Source of the DNA: a virus | Virus record (IMG/VR): IMGVR_UViG_3300028384_000991 | Span: 92,564 to 156,563 of that record | Strand: one strand, 5' to 3' | Length of the DNA stretch: 64,000 nucleotides | Shown: piece after piece, positions 53,338 through 63,588 of the stretch | Layout of the letters: every line of letters starts with the position of its first letter | Numbering within the stretch: position 1 is the first letter of the stretch | Translations under genes and position numbers: made by a program | Notes under the pieces: generated by a model | The model's database searches: none | What the model saw: the letters and a program-made list of their open reading frames with translations, nothing else | What the model was told of the DNA's origin: nothing

Positions 53338-56300
53338 ATGCCTACAGCAATACACGACATATTTAGATTTATTAAACTTTATTCACCCGATGGAAGCACT
53401 CTTGAGCAGACTCTTGAGGCAGATGCTATCAATGATACCTTACAAATGCGTAGAGGTGATGGTGTAAGTTGGAGTGTACCAACAACATCACCAGGAGGCA
53501 CTATTGCTGTAACTGTAGGATTTCATACTGGTACAGGACAAGCAACAGGTGCATTTTATCTTGACGGAACAGAACGTAACACTATAACGCTGGTTAAAGG
53601 ACAAACATATATCTTTGATCAAAGCGATGCATCGAATGCAGGATATGGTGGCTACAACCACCCTATGACATTTAGTAATACCGATGACGGTGCAGTAAGT
53701 GGTGCAATCAGTGGCGAAGAATATGCAACAGGAGTAACATATCTTATTGATGATAATCCTGTATCAAAGACAATTTATAGACAAGATTTTACAACCACAA
53801 CTAATAGAAAAATTAAAATTGAGTTGAATGACTCTGCTCCGGGTACACTTTATTATTGTTCACATGATAACATTGATCAAGGTGGTCAAATACTAACAAC
53901 TGCCGGCAATGATCTTATGATGATCAATGTGGACTACAGTTTAGATGTTCCTCCGGGTACAACAAACATAGAATTAACAGATGTTAATGCAGGAACTACA
54001 CACGTAGAATTATCCTCAGCAGGTGGCATCCAATTAACAAGAAAGAATGCAAACGAAATAGAAATCAGTTCTTTTGCTGTAGCAGAAATTGATACACTGC
54101 ATACTGTAACAACAAGAAACGCAATCACAACCAATAAACTCTATATGGAAGATATTGAAGTTGGCGATGTTACAAGTGCAACACAAGACGGCTTTGTATC
54201 TCCGAGTTCAGAATTCTTAGGAACTGGTAGGGTTGATGATGCTCTAAGACTTGCTGTTGATCAAAGAGAAATCACAACAAACACAGTAACGCAAACATTT
54301 ACATTTAATAGCCAAGCGGCACCAGGTGTGCTGAACTATACAATTGGTTATCAATTAGATAGCGGAACATCAGCAACTTCTGTAACAGCAAGTATTCAAA
54401 GATACAACACTGTAACAACTATCTGGGAAACATTAGATACAGTAAGTGGTATAGGCGGGATTCCATATGAAGTTTCCAATATGTACAACGAAGCAAGTGC
54501 TTCAGGCGGACAGTATAGAGTTGTGTTTAACATTGCAGGTAACACAGGAACTATTACTCTTGAACTTCAAGCATATTACGAAATTTTAGAAATTACAAAT
54601 AATCCTGTGCTTAGAACTGAAAGTGCAGTAGGTACATTAAGAACACGTGACCTTGCACCATTAGGTGTAAACGATATCGGTAGAGGCAGTGAGCCATATG
54701 ACAATGTATATGCTAATACATTCCATGGACACTTGGTAGGAACATTCGACGGTGATCTAACAGGATCGTTATACACAGATGATTCAACGCTATTAGTTGA
54801 TGCTACCAGCGGTACAATATATGGTTCTACTCTTGCAGATACTACATCAGTTATTGGCAACGTTGAGTTTGCAGACAATATAAAACTGATGATCGGTAAT
54901 TCAGATGATTTACAAATTTGGCACGACGGTCTTAACAGTTATATTAGAGATAATGGCACTGGAAAACTACGTGTTCAAACAAATCATTATCAATTATTAA
55001 ATGCGGGTGATAACAGTCCATTTATAGAAGCCACAAGCCTTGGCACTATTATCTATCATAATGGTTCAGATATAATTACAACCCAAACTACTGGGGCAGA
55101 TCTAAGAGGTAACTTAACGTTAACTGTACCATCAGGCACTGTAACAGCACCTGGAGGATTTTTTGGTGACTTAACTGGTTCAGTATTCGGACCAGACTCA
55201 ACTACTGTAATTGATAACAATGGTGTTGTTACAGGTGAAGTAAACAACGCAAACGTCGGCACAGGTAATCTTGATGCAGGAAATATCACAGACGGTATAA
55301 TGACAATTACAAATGGTGTAGGTACAGCATTTACAGAAATTGAATCTACACTGTTTGACGGTGTGCTTGAAGGTGATGTCTACGGCAATGATGGAACAAG
55401 TCAACTTGTAGACGCAACAGCAAATCAAATTGTTGGCGAAGTTAATGCAGATACAAACAAAACAGGTGCATTAACTATTGCATCTGATACAAGTGTTACA
55501 GTAAACGGTACTGGTGTAATTGCATTTAACAGTGGTGTGGGTGTTGATGCAAATGGTAAACTTGTAAACAGTTCTAATGCGGCACAACCATTTACTATTG
55601 GCAGTCCCGTTACTATTGAAAAAGAATTTAGAGCATTTCCAGGTGCTCAAGAAAAGCAGTTATATACAAATGTAACAACTGGAACTTATGCAATTGACAC
55701 CAGCGACACACAAAACGTTTATTGGAACCAACCAAGTGGTGCTCTTGTTGCTAACTTTACTAATTTAAACACTGATACACAAAGACAAAGACGTGTAAGA
55801 ATACACATCAACCAAGGCGGCACACCATTTATTCCTGACATTGAAATTAACGGTGTAACTCAAAGTGCTACTAATTTAGGTAATGGTGAAATTACAGGTG
55901 TTGCAAATCAATTAACAATTTTAGAATATACATTCTACAGAACACATACTAATGTTTGGGAAATCTATGTTCAGCAGATAGATGGAAGTAATCAATTTGA
56001 AACAAATATTACAGATCGAAATGTAACTGTAAACTTACAAGACAATCAAGCAGATGCTTTAAGTTTTGATACAGTAGGTAAAGCAGATATTCTAAAAATT
56101 ATTACAACAGATAGTGCAGAAGGTATTGAAAGTAGCGGTAATATCAAAGGAAATACACTGCAAGTTAATGATACAACCAGTGCTGTGACACAGTTAGTTG
56201 ATAAGACTACAGGTGTTACTGCTGACTTTGCAATGGGTAATATTGTACTAAACAATTCAAATCTTGTTGCAGGTGCAACTGCTGTGTTTACACTTACGTC

Positions 56301-56475
56301 TTCGTTTATCAATGCTAATAGTATGGTTATGGTAAATCATACCAGTGGAGGAACTATAGGATCGTATATGTTTAATACAACTCCAGCGGCTGGTACTTGT
56401 CAAATCCACGTAACAAATATATCAGGCGGACCGTTAGGTGAAGCCATTACTATTAAGTTTCTTGTTATTGGTTAA
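53338..56475 (+). CDS. Large virion/fibre-like protein (1045 aa)
   Basis: Thr/Gly/Asn-rich; GDLTGS..DDSTLLVD repeats shared with 40414..40866; DLQIWHDG.NSYIRD.GTG fibre motif. Confidence 0.7.
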   Translation: MPTAIHDIFRFIKLYSPDGSTLEQTLEADAINDTLQMRRGDGVSWSVPTTSPGGTIAVTVGFHTGTGQATGAFYLDGTERNTITLVKGQTYIFDQSDASNAGYGGYNHPMTFSNTDDGAVSGAISGEEYATGVTYLIDDNPVSKTIYRQDFTTTTNRKIKIELNDSAPGTLYYCSHDNIDQGGQILTTAGNDLMMINVDYSLDVPPGTTNIELTDVNAGTTHVELSSAGGIQLTRKNANEIEISSFAVAEIDTLHTVTTRNAITTNKLYMEDIEVGDVTSATQDGFVSPSSEFLGTGRVDDALRLAVDQREITTNTVTQTFTFNSQAAPGVLNYTIGYQLDSGTSATSVTASIQRYNTVTTIWETLDTVSGIGGIPYEVSNMYNEASASGGQYRVVFNIAGNTGTITLELQAYYEILEITNNPVLRTESAVGTLRTRDLAPLGVNDIGRGSEPYDNVYANTFHGHLVGTFDGDLTGSLYTDDSTLLVDATSGTIYGSTLADTTSVIGNVEFADNIKLMIGNSDDLQIWHDGLNSYIRDNGTGKLRVQTNHYQLLNAGDNSPFIEATSLGTIIYHNGSDIITTQTTGADLRGNLTLTVPSGTVTAPGGFFGDLTGSVFGPDSTTVIDNNGVVTGEVNNANVGTGNLDAGNITDGIMTITNGVGTAFTEIESTLFDGVLEGDVYGNDGTSQLVDATANQIVGEVNADTNKTGALTIASDTSVTVNGTGVIAFNSGVGVDANGKLVNSSNAAQPFTIGSPVTIEKEFRAFPGAQEKQLYTNVTTGTYAIDTSDTQNVYWNQPSGALVANFTNLNTDTQRQRRVRIHINQGGTPFIPDIEINGVTQSATNLGNGEITGVANQLTILEYTFYRTHTNVWEIYVQQIDGSNQFETNITDRNVTVNLQDNQADALSFDTVGKADILKIITTDSAEGIESSGNIKGNTLQVNDTTSAVTQLVDKTTGVTADFAMGNIVLNNSNLVAGATAVFTLTSSFINANSMVMVNHTSGGTIGSYMFNTTPAAGTCQIHVTNISGGPLGEAITIKFLVIG

Positions 56476-56777
56476 TTTTTAAGATCGTTTTTAAGTTTTT
56501 TAATTTCTTCTATAACGTATTCAAACTTTTCAGTTGTACGTTGAAGAAGTTTATTAAGATCTCTAACAGCATAGATTACCCACCACCACCAAGTAAATGC
56601 AACCACTGCAAAACTCAGTGCTACAAATCCAATAAAGTAATCTGTGTATGTTTCAAAGTCAAAGAATACGATAAGACACAATACTGTAAGAGCAGTCAAA
56701 GGTGCTACCTTACCTACCCAACTCCAAATAGTGACCTGTCGTGCGATTGAAATTTTTTCTTTTAGATTTTTAAACAA
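56472..56777 (-). CDS. Two-TM membrane protein
   Basis: Two hydrophobic segments plus coiled coil. Confidence 0.6.
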   Translation of the reverse strand: MFKNLKEKISIARQVTIWSWVGKVAPLTALTVLCLIVFFDFETYTDYFIGFVALSFAVVAFTWWWWVIYAVRDLNKLLQRTTEKFEYVIEEIKKLKNDLKN

Positions 56778-56780
56778 TGT

Positions 56781-57908
56781 CTACCCCTCAATATGACCAA
56801 AGGGTTTCCATTCTCCTGGTGTACCTTCACGTACACATATAAAGCCTATCCACCCACCTGGTACTGGTTCGTTATTCCAAATAATATCACCTTTGCTCCA
56901 TAACCCTGTGTCTGGAGCGGCACTTCCTCTTCCAAACTTCTTTCCTTCAAATTTGATTGGTCCTGCAACTTCAAAATTTGTGCTCGGATTAGAAACACCA
57001 AATCCCACTTTACCAAACACAGAAACTTTTGTTTCACTGTTACCTGCTTGACCGATGGTAACGTGTCCGTATGGTGAAATTGTAATTCTTGGTGTATTAT
57101 CAGTTATAACTTTTAGTTCAGATGTAGAATATGTTCCAAGTTTAACTGACTCGTGTTCCGGATCAACAATAAATTCTGCACGTTCACTGCTAATGCTTAA
57201 CTGTCCGTTTGGTGCTTCTGTACCAATAGACATACGCATTGATGCGCCGTCCCAGAATATAAAGTCGTCAACGTTTAAGTCCCCGTCAACAATCAATCCT
57301 TGTAGTCTGCCTACTGTGCGTAGACTTGAATTAGTAACTGTTTCGCCTAATGTTGTTGATGTAATAACAGGAACATTATCAATTTGATAAGATGCTTCTC
57401 TATGCAAATCAATTGATTCACTGCTATAAAGCCTTGAAGGGTTTGTTTGTAAGATAAACGATTTAATTGTACCTTCTCCTTGCCACACAAGACCCTTACC
57501 AATTGGAGAGTCTCCGTTGCTGGAGTCGAACATTAATGAATCGCTTCTTTGTTGCCTAATGTCAGCAGTAAGTTCATTTACGTGTAAACTGTTACACTCA
57601 AGATGTCCTTCTACTGTTAATGCACCTTGTACTGTTGTATCACCTGCAATATTATCTGTGTTTACAGTGTCAACAGTAATGCCATTGTTATCCACAAGCA
57701 AGATAGTTCTATTTGCATTATCAGCAATACCTGTACTACGGAATTGCGTGATCTTTCCACCCTGGATATGATTACCAGTTAACTGTCTTTCTTGAATAGG
57801 TTGCTGAGGCACAACACGATTTGCTATGATTTCAATAGCCTCACCGAGTTCTTGTAAACCTGCTTTTACCTTTAGGATTTCATTATTGTCAATGTCATTG
57901 TACTGCAT
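56781..57908 (-). CDS. Tail fibre-like protein
   Basis: SSLRTVGRL..L.V.G, GKVGFGVSNP, C-terminal GDIIWN..P..GGWIGFIC...GTPGEWKPFG. Confidence 0.7.
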   Translation of the reverse strand: MQYNDIDNNEILKVKAGLQELGEAIEIIANRVVPQQPIQERQLTGNHIQGGKITQFRSTGIADNANRTILLVDNNGITVDTVNTDNIAGDTTVQGALTVEGHLECNSLHVNELTADIRQQRSDSLMFDSSNGDSPIGKGLVWQGEGTIKSFILQTNPSRLYSSESIDLHREASYQIDNVPVITSTTLGETVTNSSLRTVGRLQGLIVDGDLNVDDFIFWDGASMRMSIGTEAPNGQLSISSERAEFIVDPEHESVKLGTYSTSELKVITDNTPRITISPYGHVTIGQAGNSETKVSVFGKVGFGVSNPSTNFEVAGPIKFEGKKFGRGSAAPDTGLWSKGDIIWNNEPVPGGWIGFICVREGTPGEWKPFGHIEG

Positions 57909-57916
57909 ATTAGTAT

Positions 57917-59206
57917 TTATCTAACTGCCTTTAGAAGTATAGTATCCGGATTAATCCTTCCATTCAGTTTGATATCTACTGCATTTATTTCATCGAGATA
58001 AGTGTTCAGTTTACGTTTACCTGCGTCTTTGAATTCCTTTAATTTTTCTTCTGGTTTACGCAGTGTTTTTTGTATGCTTTTTTCTTCATCAAATTGTGTT
58101 ATTGTAGTACCTTTGACACTGAGTCCCGTACCTTCTCTTTCTGCGCCGAGTGGGTCAATTACCTTAGCAACGTATTTGCCAATTTTACGTGTTTTAGTAT
58201 TGAATACCCAAAGTTCATTACAGCCTATAATTTCAATAGGATTAACACTGGCTAACTGGAACTTGTCGTCATTGATAGCATACTTGAGTTTTGCAATCAA
58301 CTTTTCTTTGCTTCTTGGTTGTTTCTTACGCGGTTTACGCATTGCTTTTGCTGTGTTAATAACAACATCTAAAGCACCCATATAAAGTTCTAATGCATTT
58401 ACTTTTTTCTTAATCTCTGTTTTGCTGAAAATAGCATATGCTTCTTTTAATTGCGATGCCCAATCTTTTTCTTGGTCAGTAGCATCTGCCTTTAGTTTTG
58501 GTGGATCAAGAACTTCTTTGAGTTCTTTAATCTCAGGAGCATAATAATCTTTGATCTTACGTGCATGAGCCTGTGTAAGTTTAACTTCATAAAAATGCTT
58601 TTTAAAATCAAAACCTTTTGGATTAAACTTTGTTGCATCTTCCAACCAACTGTCTAACCACTCCTGTGGTTTTTCATCCATAAGCCAAGCCTGAGAAGTA
58701 ATACGTTCTTGAATTGTAGGAACATGAACGTTTGATTTCTTTTCTTCTTGTTTCTTTTTTTCTTCTGCTTCTGCTTGTGCAAATGCGTCTGCTTTGTATT
58801 TTAAATCTTCAAGCCATTTATCAATTGTTACATCTGCAGGTTTAGGAGTACCTGATGTTCCTGGCAACGATTCCCAGTACTTGTTATATGCTTCGTTTAC
58901 ATTAGGTCGCCCTAATGTAATCATACGACACATACCACCTAAGGTGCTATGAAATCTACTGTCAGGTATTTTAGCAAATCTATTTGCTTCTTTGACCCAT
59001 TTGTCTTTGCCACGCATATACTCAACAGTCCATAGTTTAAAGTCGCTGGACTTGCAATCTAATCTATAGTAATCGAGTGCGGCATGAATTCTTGAGCCGA
59101 AATCTTTGGGTTCTAACTTTTCCCAATCGTCCCATTGAGGTTCTTGTTTAGATACCTTTGGGGCTCTTACTACTTTTCTTTTTTTGCGAGGGGCTGTCAA
59201 AGCCAT
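57917..59206 (-). CDS. Lys-rich phage hypothetical protein
   Basis: 429 aa, AAGGAG SD, own promoter. Confidence 0.75.
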   Translation of the reverse strand: MALTAPRKKRKVVRAPKVSKQEPQWDDWEKLEPKDFGSRIHAALDYYRLDCKSSDFKLWTVEYMRGKDKWVKEANRFAKIPDSRFHSTLGGMCRMITLGRPNVNEAYNKYWESLPGTSGTPKPADVTIDKWLEDLKYKADAFAQAEAEEKKKQEEKKSNVHVPTIQERITSQAWLMDEKPQEWLDSWLEDATKFNPKGFDFKKHFYEVKLTQAHARKIKDYYAPEIKELKEVLDPPKLKADATDQEKDWASQLKEAYAIFSKTEIKKKVNALELYMGALDVVINTAKAMRKPRKKQPRSKEKLIAKLKYAINDDKFQLASVNPIEIIGCNELWVFNTKTRKIGKYVAKVIDPLGAEREGTGLSVKGTTITQFDEEKSIQKTLRKPEEKLKEFKDAGKRKLNTYLDEINAVDIKLNGRINPDTILLKAVR

Positions 59207-59230
59207 TCATAATCTCCTTAAGTTTTAGTT

Positions 59231-59258
59231 ATTATATATTAAAAAAAATAAAAGTCAA
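59231..59258 (-). promoter_or_regulatory. Sigma70-type promoter TTGACT-16-TATAAT
   Basis: agtcaa at 59253-59258, attata at 59231-59236. Confidence 0.6.
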
Positions 59259-59278
59259 CTAAAAATGGCTTCGAAGTT

Positions 59279-59527
59279 TTAATTTTTTGCAATTTTAGAA
59301 AACAAATTTAGAATTTGTTCCTTGTTTCTTGCTAACTGTTCTTTGCCTTCTTGCCAACTGTTGGCTTGATATTCTTTGATATCATTCCATTCATTAACAA
59401 CCCAACCTTTGATTTTCATTTCGATCGGTTTCTTTTCAGGTACTATTTCGTCTGCCATAGTTTTAGTCACTAATACTGCAAACACTATAGTAATAGCAAT
59501 AAACAAACTTACCATAAGTTTATTCAT
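59279..59527 (-). CDS. Small exported or membrane-anchored protein
   Basis: N-terminal hydrophobic signal; GAGGAGG SD. Confidence 0.65.
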   Translation of the reverse strand: MNKLMVSLFIAITIVFAVLVTKTMADEIVPEKKPIEMKIKGWVVNEWNDIKEYQANSWQEGKEQLARNKEQILNLFSKIAKN

Positions 59528-59741
59528 GTAGTTTACCTCCTCTCAATTTAAATTCCCTTTTTAAAAACCACTTGTTTTTATGAAAGTATTCCTTCAATTC
59601 ATACTCTGTAACTGGCCTATGTGTCCACGATAGCACTTCGTCTTTGTGTTTAAACCACATCTCCGATACAAAGTCCCGCCACGGATTTGGTTTAAAATCA
59701 AAAGTATAGTTACATTCTGTATGATTTTGTTTCTCTTCCAC
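59520..59741 (-). CDS. Hypothetical protein
   Basis: 73 aa ORF in array. Confidence 0.55.
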   Translation of the reverse strand: MEEKQNHTECNYTFDFKPNPWRDFVSEMWFKHKDEVLSWTHRPVTEYELKEYFHKNKWFLKREFKLRGGKLHE

Positions 59742-59853
59742 TTTTTTTATGCCTCCGCATTACTTGAGTCTTACCATCAGCAATATAGTATCCTGTTATT
59801 TCCCATTCATCTTTTTTCTTTTTAACAGTCTTTGCCTTTTTCTTTTTATGCAT
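59710..59853 (-). CDS. Small basic hypothetical protein
   Basis: MHKKKK start behind GAGG. Confidence 0.45.
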   Translation of the reverse strand: MHKKKKAKTVKKKKDEWEITGYYIADGKTQVMRRHKKSGRETKSYRM

Positions 59854-60928
59854 AGTCCTCTTTCTTAGGTACAAGGAACTCTTTAATGCCAATAAGATTT
59901 ACATAGGCTGAAATTGTGTCAATGTACCTATCAATATATGGTTGTTGCCTATATGGCATCCAAGGTTTACCTTCTTGGAGTCCTGTATAATCATATTGGA
60001 ATCTATAACACAATCTACCGTCGGTACTTCCTTGCCTACGGTGCTGAGTAATACTGTTATCAAACAAGCACAAGTCACCGTCTTGCTGATACCAATGATC
60101 GTAAATGTATTCATCTACACAAAGATCATTTCTAATTTTTTCAAGTAACTTATCTGCTTCGCCCTGCGACATACCTTTAATACCTGTAACAGTATTAAAA
60201 CTATAGTGTAATCCTGTATGTCCGCCGGGTGATGTAATTACCATTGGAATTTCTTCGTTCTCATGTGGCGCCATATTCTTGTACATTACATTGTCTTGAA
60301 CATCACGTAACCCTGGATTAATTTTTCCCGGAGTAAAGTTATGAATAGCAATCATTTCATCTAACTCACTACGGAAACTCTCCGAAACGCTTTCGTAGTA
60401 ATCTACAGTAGTTAAAAAGCCTGTAGAACTTGCTGTTGTTCCTTTGAATCCTAACAGTGCAACTCCTGGAGCAAAAGCAATGTTACCGCTTTCATTTGAG
60501 TGCCATAGTAACTCACCTTCAGCAAACATACCTAATGGTTTACCATCAGGAGTTTTTTCTCCCGACACTTTAATAATGTCTGCTTGTTCGTCATTGTTCC
60601 ATTCTCTAACACGAATGAATTCTTCAAGACACATACGATCTTCTGGAGACCACGTAGGATCACTCAGTGCCGTTTGTGCTCTACCATCCCAATGCGGGTA
60701 ACGTTCTCTAAAAATAGCATAGGTGCTAAATCTATCTCTACCCCACTTTTTCATAAAGCGAGTATAATGCGATACATCTTTAAAGTTGGTATTTCTAATA
60801 ATAGTAACTAATTCTTTAAGATGGATCTTGCCAATCTCATACCATTCTTCATCTGTAATGTTATCGAAATCTACATCATCGATAAACACTCCAAATCTAC
60901 CACAGCCTGGAATTTTAGATATCTTCAA
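59846..60928 (-). CDS. TauD/TfdA-family dioxygenase
   Basis: FGVFIDDVD, WHSNE, H.YQQDGDLCLFDNSITQHRR, RLCYR. Confidence 0.8.
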   Translation of the reverse strand: MKISKIPGCGRFGVFIDDVDFDNITDEEWYEIGKIHLKELVTIIRNTNFKDVSHYTRFMKKWGRDRFSTYAIFRERYPHWDGRAQTALSDPTWSPEDRMCLEEFIRVREWNNDEQADIIKVSGEKTPDGKPLGMFAEGELLWHSNESGNIAFAPGVALLGFKGTTASSTGFLTTVDYYESVSESFRSELDEMIAIHNFTPGKINPGLRDVQDNVMYKNMAPHENEEIPMVITSPGGHTGLHYSFNTVTGIKGMSQGEADKLLEKIRNDLCVDEYIYDHWYQQDGDLCLFDNSITQHRRQGSTDGRLCYRFQYDYTGLQEGKPWMPYRQQPYIDRYIDTISAYVNLIGIKEFLVPKKEDYA

Positions 60929-61040
60929 TTTTGTCTCCTTTTTGTTGTTCTTTTTCCATTACATGAAACCACACCATAAAGAATACAACAGTAACAACCA
61001 TGCCTATAAAAAATAAACCTATACCTGCACCTGCTGTCAT
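60915..61040 (-). CDS. 41-aa single-TM peptide (not in ORF track)
   Basis: MTAGAGIGLFFIGMVVTVVFFMVWFHV...; TAATG coupling. Confidence 0.5.
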   Translation of the reverse strand: MTAGAGIGLFFIGMVVTVVFFMVWFHVMEKEQQKGDKIEDI

Positions 61041-61408
61041 TAAGCGTGTTCACCTCCGGGATCTTTTTCGTCAAAATATATTTTATGTGGATTACCATAC
61101 TTGTCGTGATGGATTGTATAACCACGTTGTCTACCATACGAATGATAACTACCAAACAAATACGGTTTACGTTTTGCTGTTTCGAATGTTGCTACTGTGA
61201 TTGCAATAGCACCAAGTAGAATAATATGTCCTACTGCACTAACGCCAAACACTGTCCAACTACCTACAATCAAACTAAACGCAATACACCACATCCATGC
61301 AAGTACCTGCATGATCATATGGCGTGTGTTAAAGTCTGGAATCTTACTTAATGGATTTTTGTTATGATTCATAACACTATTCCAACTGTTGTAAATAAAT
61401 TCTCTCAT
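61040..61408 (-). CDS. Membrane protein
   Basis: NPLSKIPD...HMIMQVLAWMWC; two TM. Confidence 0.7.
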   Translation of the reverse strand: MREFIYNSWNSVMNHNKNPLSKIPDFNTRHMIMQVLAWMWCIAFSLIVGSWTVFGVSAVGHIILLGAIAITVATFETAKRKPYLFGSYHSYGRQRGYTIHHDKYGNPHKIYFDEKDPGGEHA

Positions 61409-61443
61409 TTTATCCTTCTCTTTCTAAGTCCCAACGGACTACG

Positions 61444-62769
61444 TTAGATTTTCTCCCCGACTTCAAATCCACGGAACGTTTTGAACCGCGGAAACCTAAG
61501 CGAATAAGTACCATCTTGATTTTGTGTAATAGCATCTGCTCTAACCTCTACAATATTGCCAATAAGTGTGCTACGATCATTCCAAAAATTATCACGATCG
61601 CTGTCGCTAAACCCACTACCAACATTAACTTTGATAGTTCTTCCGTCATCAAATCCTTCACAAACGAACGCACCAAGTTTACCAACATTCCTGCCTGTTC
61701 CTTCTTCGACATCCTTTACCTCCAATGAAACCTCAATAAATGGTTTCATCTTCAACCAACTATGAGATCGTTTACATTCATAAGGAGCATCCACGTCCTT
61801 AATCATAACACCTTCATATCCACCGTCTACAGCCGCTTTATTTAGGTCTACAAAGCGTTTTTCGCCTTCAGGAGTACTTAGGTCTACATCTTCCCAGTCC
61901 AACGCTTGTACGTGCTTTAAAACGTTACTGTGCTGGTCCACCCATGCCTTAACTGCTTGGCTTCTAAACGATTGTGGTTTGTCCCAGCCACCTTCCAAAA
62001 ACTTATCCAAAGGACACATATCAAATAAATGCAGAACTGCATCAGTGGCATCGCCACCATTCTTTCTGTGTACCTGTTTCATTAGGTCTTGGAAGTTAGC
62101 ACTCATTACTTCACCGTCTAATACCAAATCATATGGTGAAGGGTTATTCTTTAATACTGTTTCAATTTCTTCAATGATGTGTCCAAAGTTATGAAACTGT
62201 TTACCGTTACGACTAAACGTTTCTACTTTGCCATTCTTGCATACTGCAAGAACTCTTACACCATCAAGTTTAACTTCGATTTGTTTTTTACCTACCATTT
62301 TCTTTTCATGGTTAGCACTGTCATGTGCAAGTTGACAAGTAAACACAGGAATTGCATACTGTGGAAACTTCTTAGCAATTTTGTTTACTGTCTTTTCACT
62401 TACACCACAACGTAGATCTTTGATTAAAATTCTTCTATAAAAGCCATTCCACTGTTCTGCTGTTGCTGAACTCATAACAAGTTCAATAGCATCACGTGCC
62501 GCATGGCCTGTAAGTTCTCTTGCGTGTAGTTTTTCTGCAAGTTCTTTGAATACTGTCCAAGGACATCCTTGTGCTGAAAGTACTTCGTTTTCTGGTTTGC
62601 TTGGAACTTGCTTTACACCAAATGTGTATAATGGATCAAGGGCCATCTTAACTCCTTCAAAGAATTCGTCAAGACCCTCTTGCATTGCTTCTTGCAACAC
62701 GGATTCTTTTGCAAGCCTTGAGTTATCTGCTTCAAGTTTTGCAATTACTTCTTGTGGTTGTGTTCTCAT
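61444..62769 (-). CDS. lig: ATP-dependent DNA ligase
   Basis: KLDGVR, SRNGK, LDGE, EGVMIK, WLKMK, SLRFPRF. Confidence 0.95.
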   Translation of the reverse strand: MRTQPQEVIAKLEADNSRLAKESVLQEAMQEGLDEFFEGVKMALDPLYTFGVKQVPSKPENEVLSAQGCPWTVFKELAEKLHARELTGHAARDAIELVMSSATAEQWNGFYRRILIKDLRCGVSEKTVNKIAKKFPQYAIPVFTCQLAHDSANHEKKMVGKKQIEVKLDGVRVLAVCKNGKVETFSRNGKQFHNFGHIIEEIETVLKNNPSPYDLVLDGEVMSANFQDLMKQVHRKNGGDATDAVLHLFDMCPLDKFLEGGWDKPQSFRSQAVKAWVDQHSNVLKHVQALDWEDVDLSTPEGEKRFVDLNKAAVDGGYEGVMIKDVDAPYECKRSHSWLKMKPFIEVSLEVKDVEEGTGRNVGKLGAFVCEGFDDGRTIKVNVGSGFSDSDRDNFWNDRSTLIGNIVEVRADAITQNQDGTYSLRFPRFKTFRGFEVGEKI

Positions 62770-62801
62770 TTGTGCCTCTGTATTCCCTTATTAATAGTTA
62801 T

Positions 62802-62830
62802 AATATACTATCACAGCAATCAAAAGTCAA
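62802..62830 (-). promoter_or_regulatory. Sigma70-type promoter TTGACT-17-TATATT for ligase
   Basis: agtcaa at 62825-62830, aatata at 62802-62807. Confidence 0.55.
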
Positions 62831-62838
62831 GAGATTTT

Positions 62839-63012
62839 TTACCAAATTCCAATTAATCCCCAACCGTGATTTGCTATTGCGTTCAAAATAATAGCCAAAC
62901 AAGTAAAGATATGCAATACAACCCACACACTACGGATAATCGCCACAGTATCTGCTTTTCTGTCATCATCATATGCTTTGGTTCCTATAGCCTTACACCA
63001 ATATTTCCACAT
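62839..63012 (-). CDS. 57-aa membrane peptide (not in ORF track)
   Basis: MWKYWCKAIGTKAYDDDRKADTVAIIRSVWVVLH... Confidence 0.65.
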   Translation of the reverse strand: MWKYWCKAIGTKAYDDDRKADTVAIIRSVWVVLHIFTCLAIILNAIANHGWGLIGIW

Positions 63013-63015
63013 TTA

Positions 63016-63588
63016 TTAATCCCATAAACTTTCATAATATTTTCCAAACAGCCTAAAGCCGTTGCTAATGCGGTCCCAATTTTTTTGAATTTCTTCTTTA
63101 GATATTTCACCACCTTCCCAAGGATCCATATCATTGTATTTGCATTCAAAACTATATATCATTTGATCCAATACCCAATCCCAACGTTCAAAATGTTTGT
63201 CGTCTACCTCTCCGTTGGCTTTTTGTTTCTTGGTAAGTTTCTTACCCTGTAGTTCTGCAGGTACATCCTTTGGATCAACATAAGGAGCACCGTGTTTAGT
63301 TTCCTTCAACTGCTTGAGCATAGGTAAAATAATATAAGAAAGTGTAGTATCCATGCTCCAGGTATCCCATGGATCAATTCTTACTTTTACTTTGGTTGTT
63401 CTACGATCAAACCAAATCCAGTTGAATATATTATAAACAGTTTGAACACGATCTTCCAACCATTCGAGAGACTTTTCAAACCGTGTATATTCTAAAGGCC
63501 AATCTATGTAGCCATACTTCTTGTCCATATAGCGTGTGTGAATACGACACGTCAGCCTACTTGGATAATTTGAAATTTTAACCTTCAT
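63016..63588 (-). CDS. Phage hypothetical protein
   Basis: 190 aa; DTWSMD.TL..IILPML, GFRLFGKYYESLWD. Confidence 0.75.
   Translation of the reverse strand: MKVKISNYPSRLTCRIHTRYMDKKYGYIDWPLEYTRFEKSLEWLEDRVQTVYNIFNWIWFDRRTTKVKVRIDPWDTWSMDTTLSYIILPMLKQLKETKHGAPYVDPKDVPAELQGKKLTKKQKANGEVDDKHFERWDWVLDQMIYSFECKYNDMDPWEGGEISKEEIQKNWDRISNGFRLFGKYYESLWD

Noticed and set aside
38521-57908. Diversity-generating retroelement or invertase-based fibre switching
   Set aside because: No reverse transcriptase, recombinase or long near-identical nucleotide repeat pair was seen by eye; a self dot-plot would confirm.
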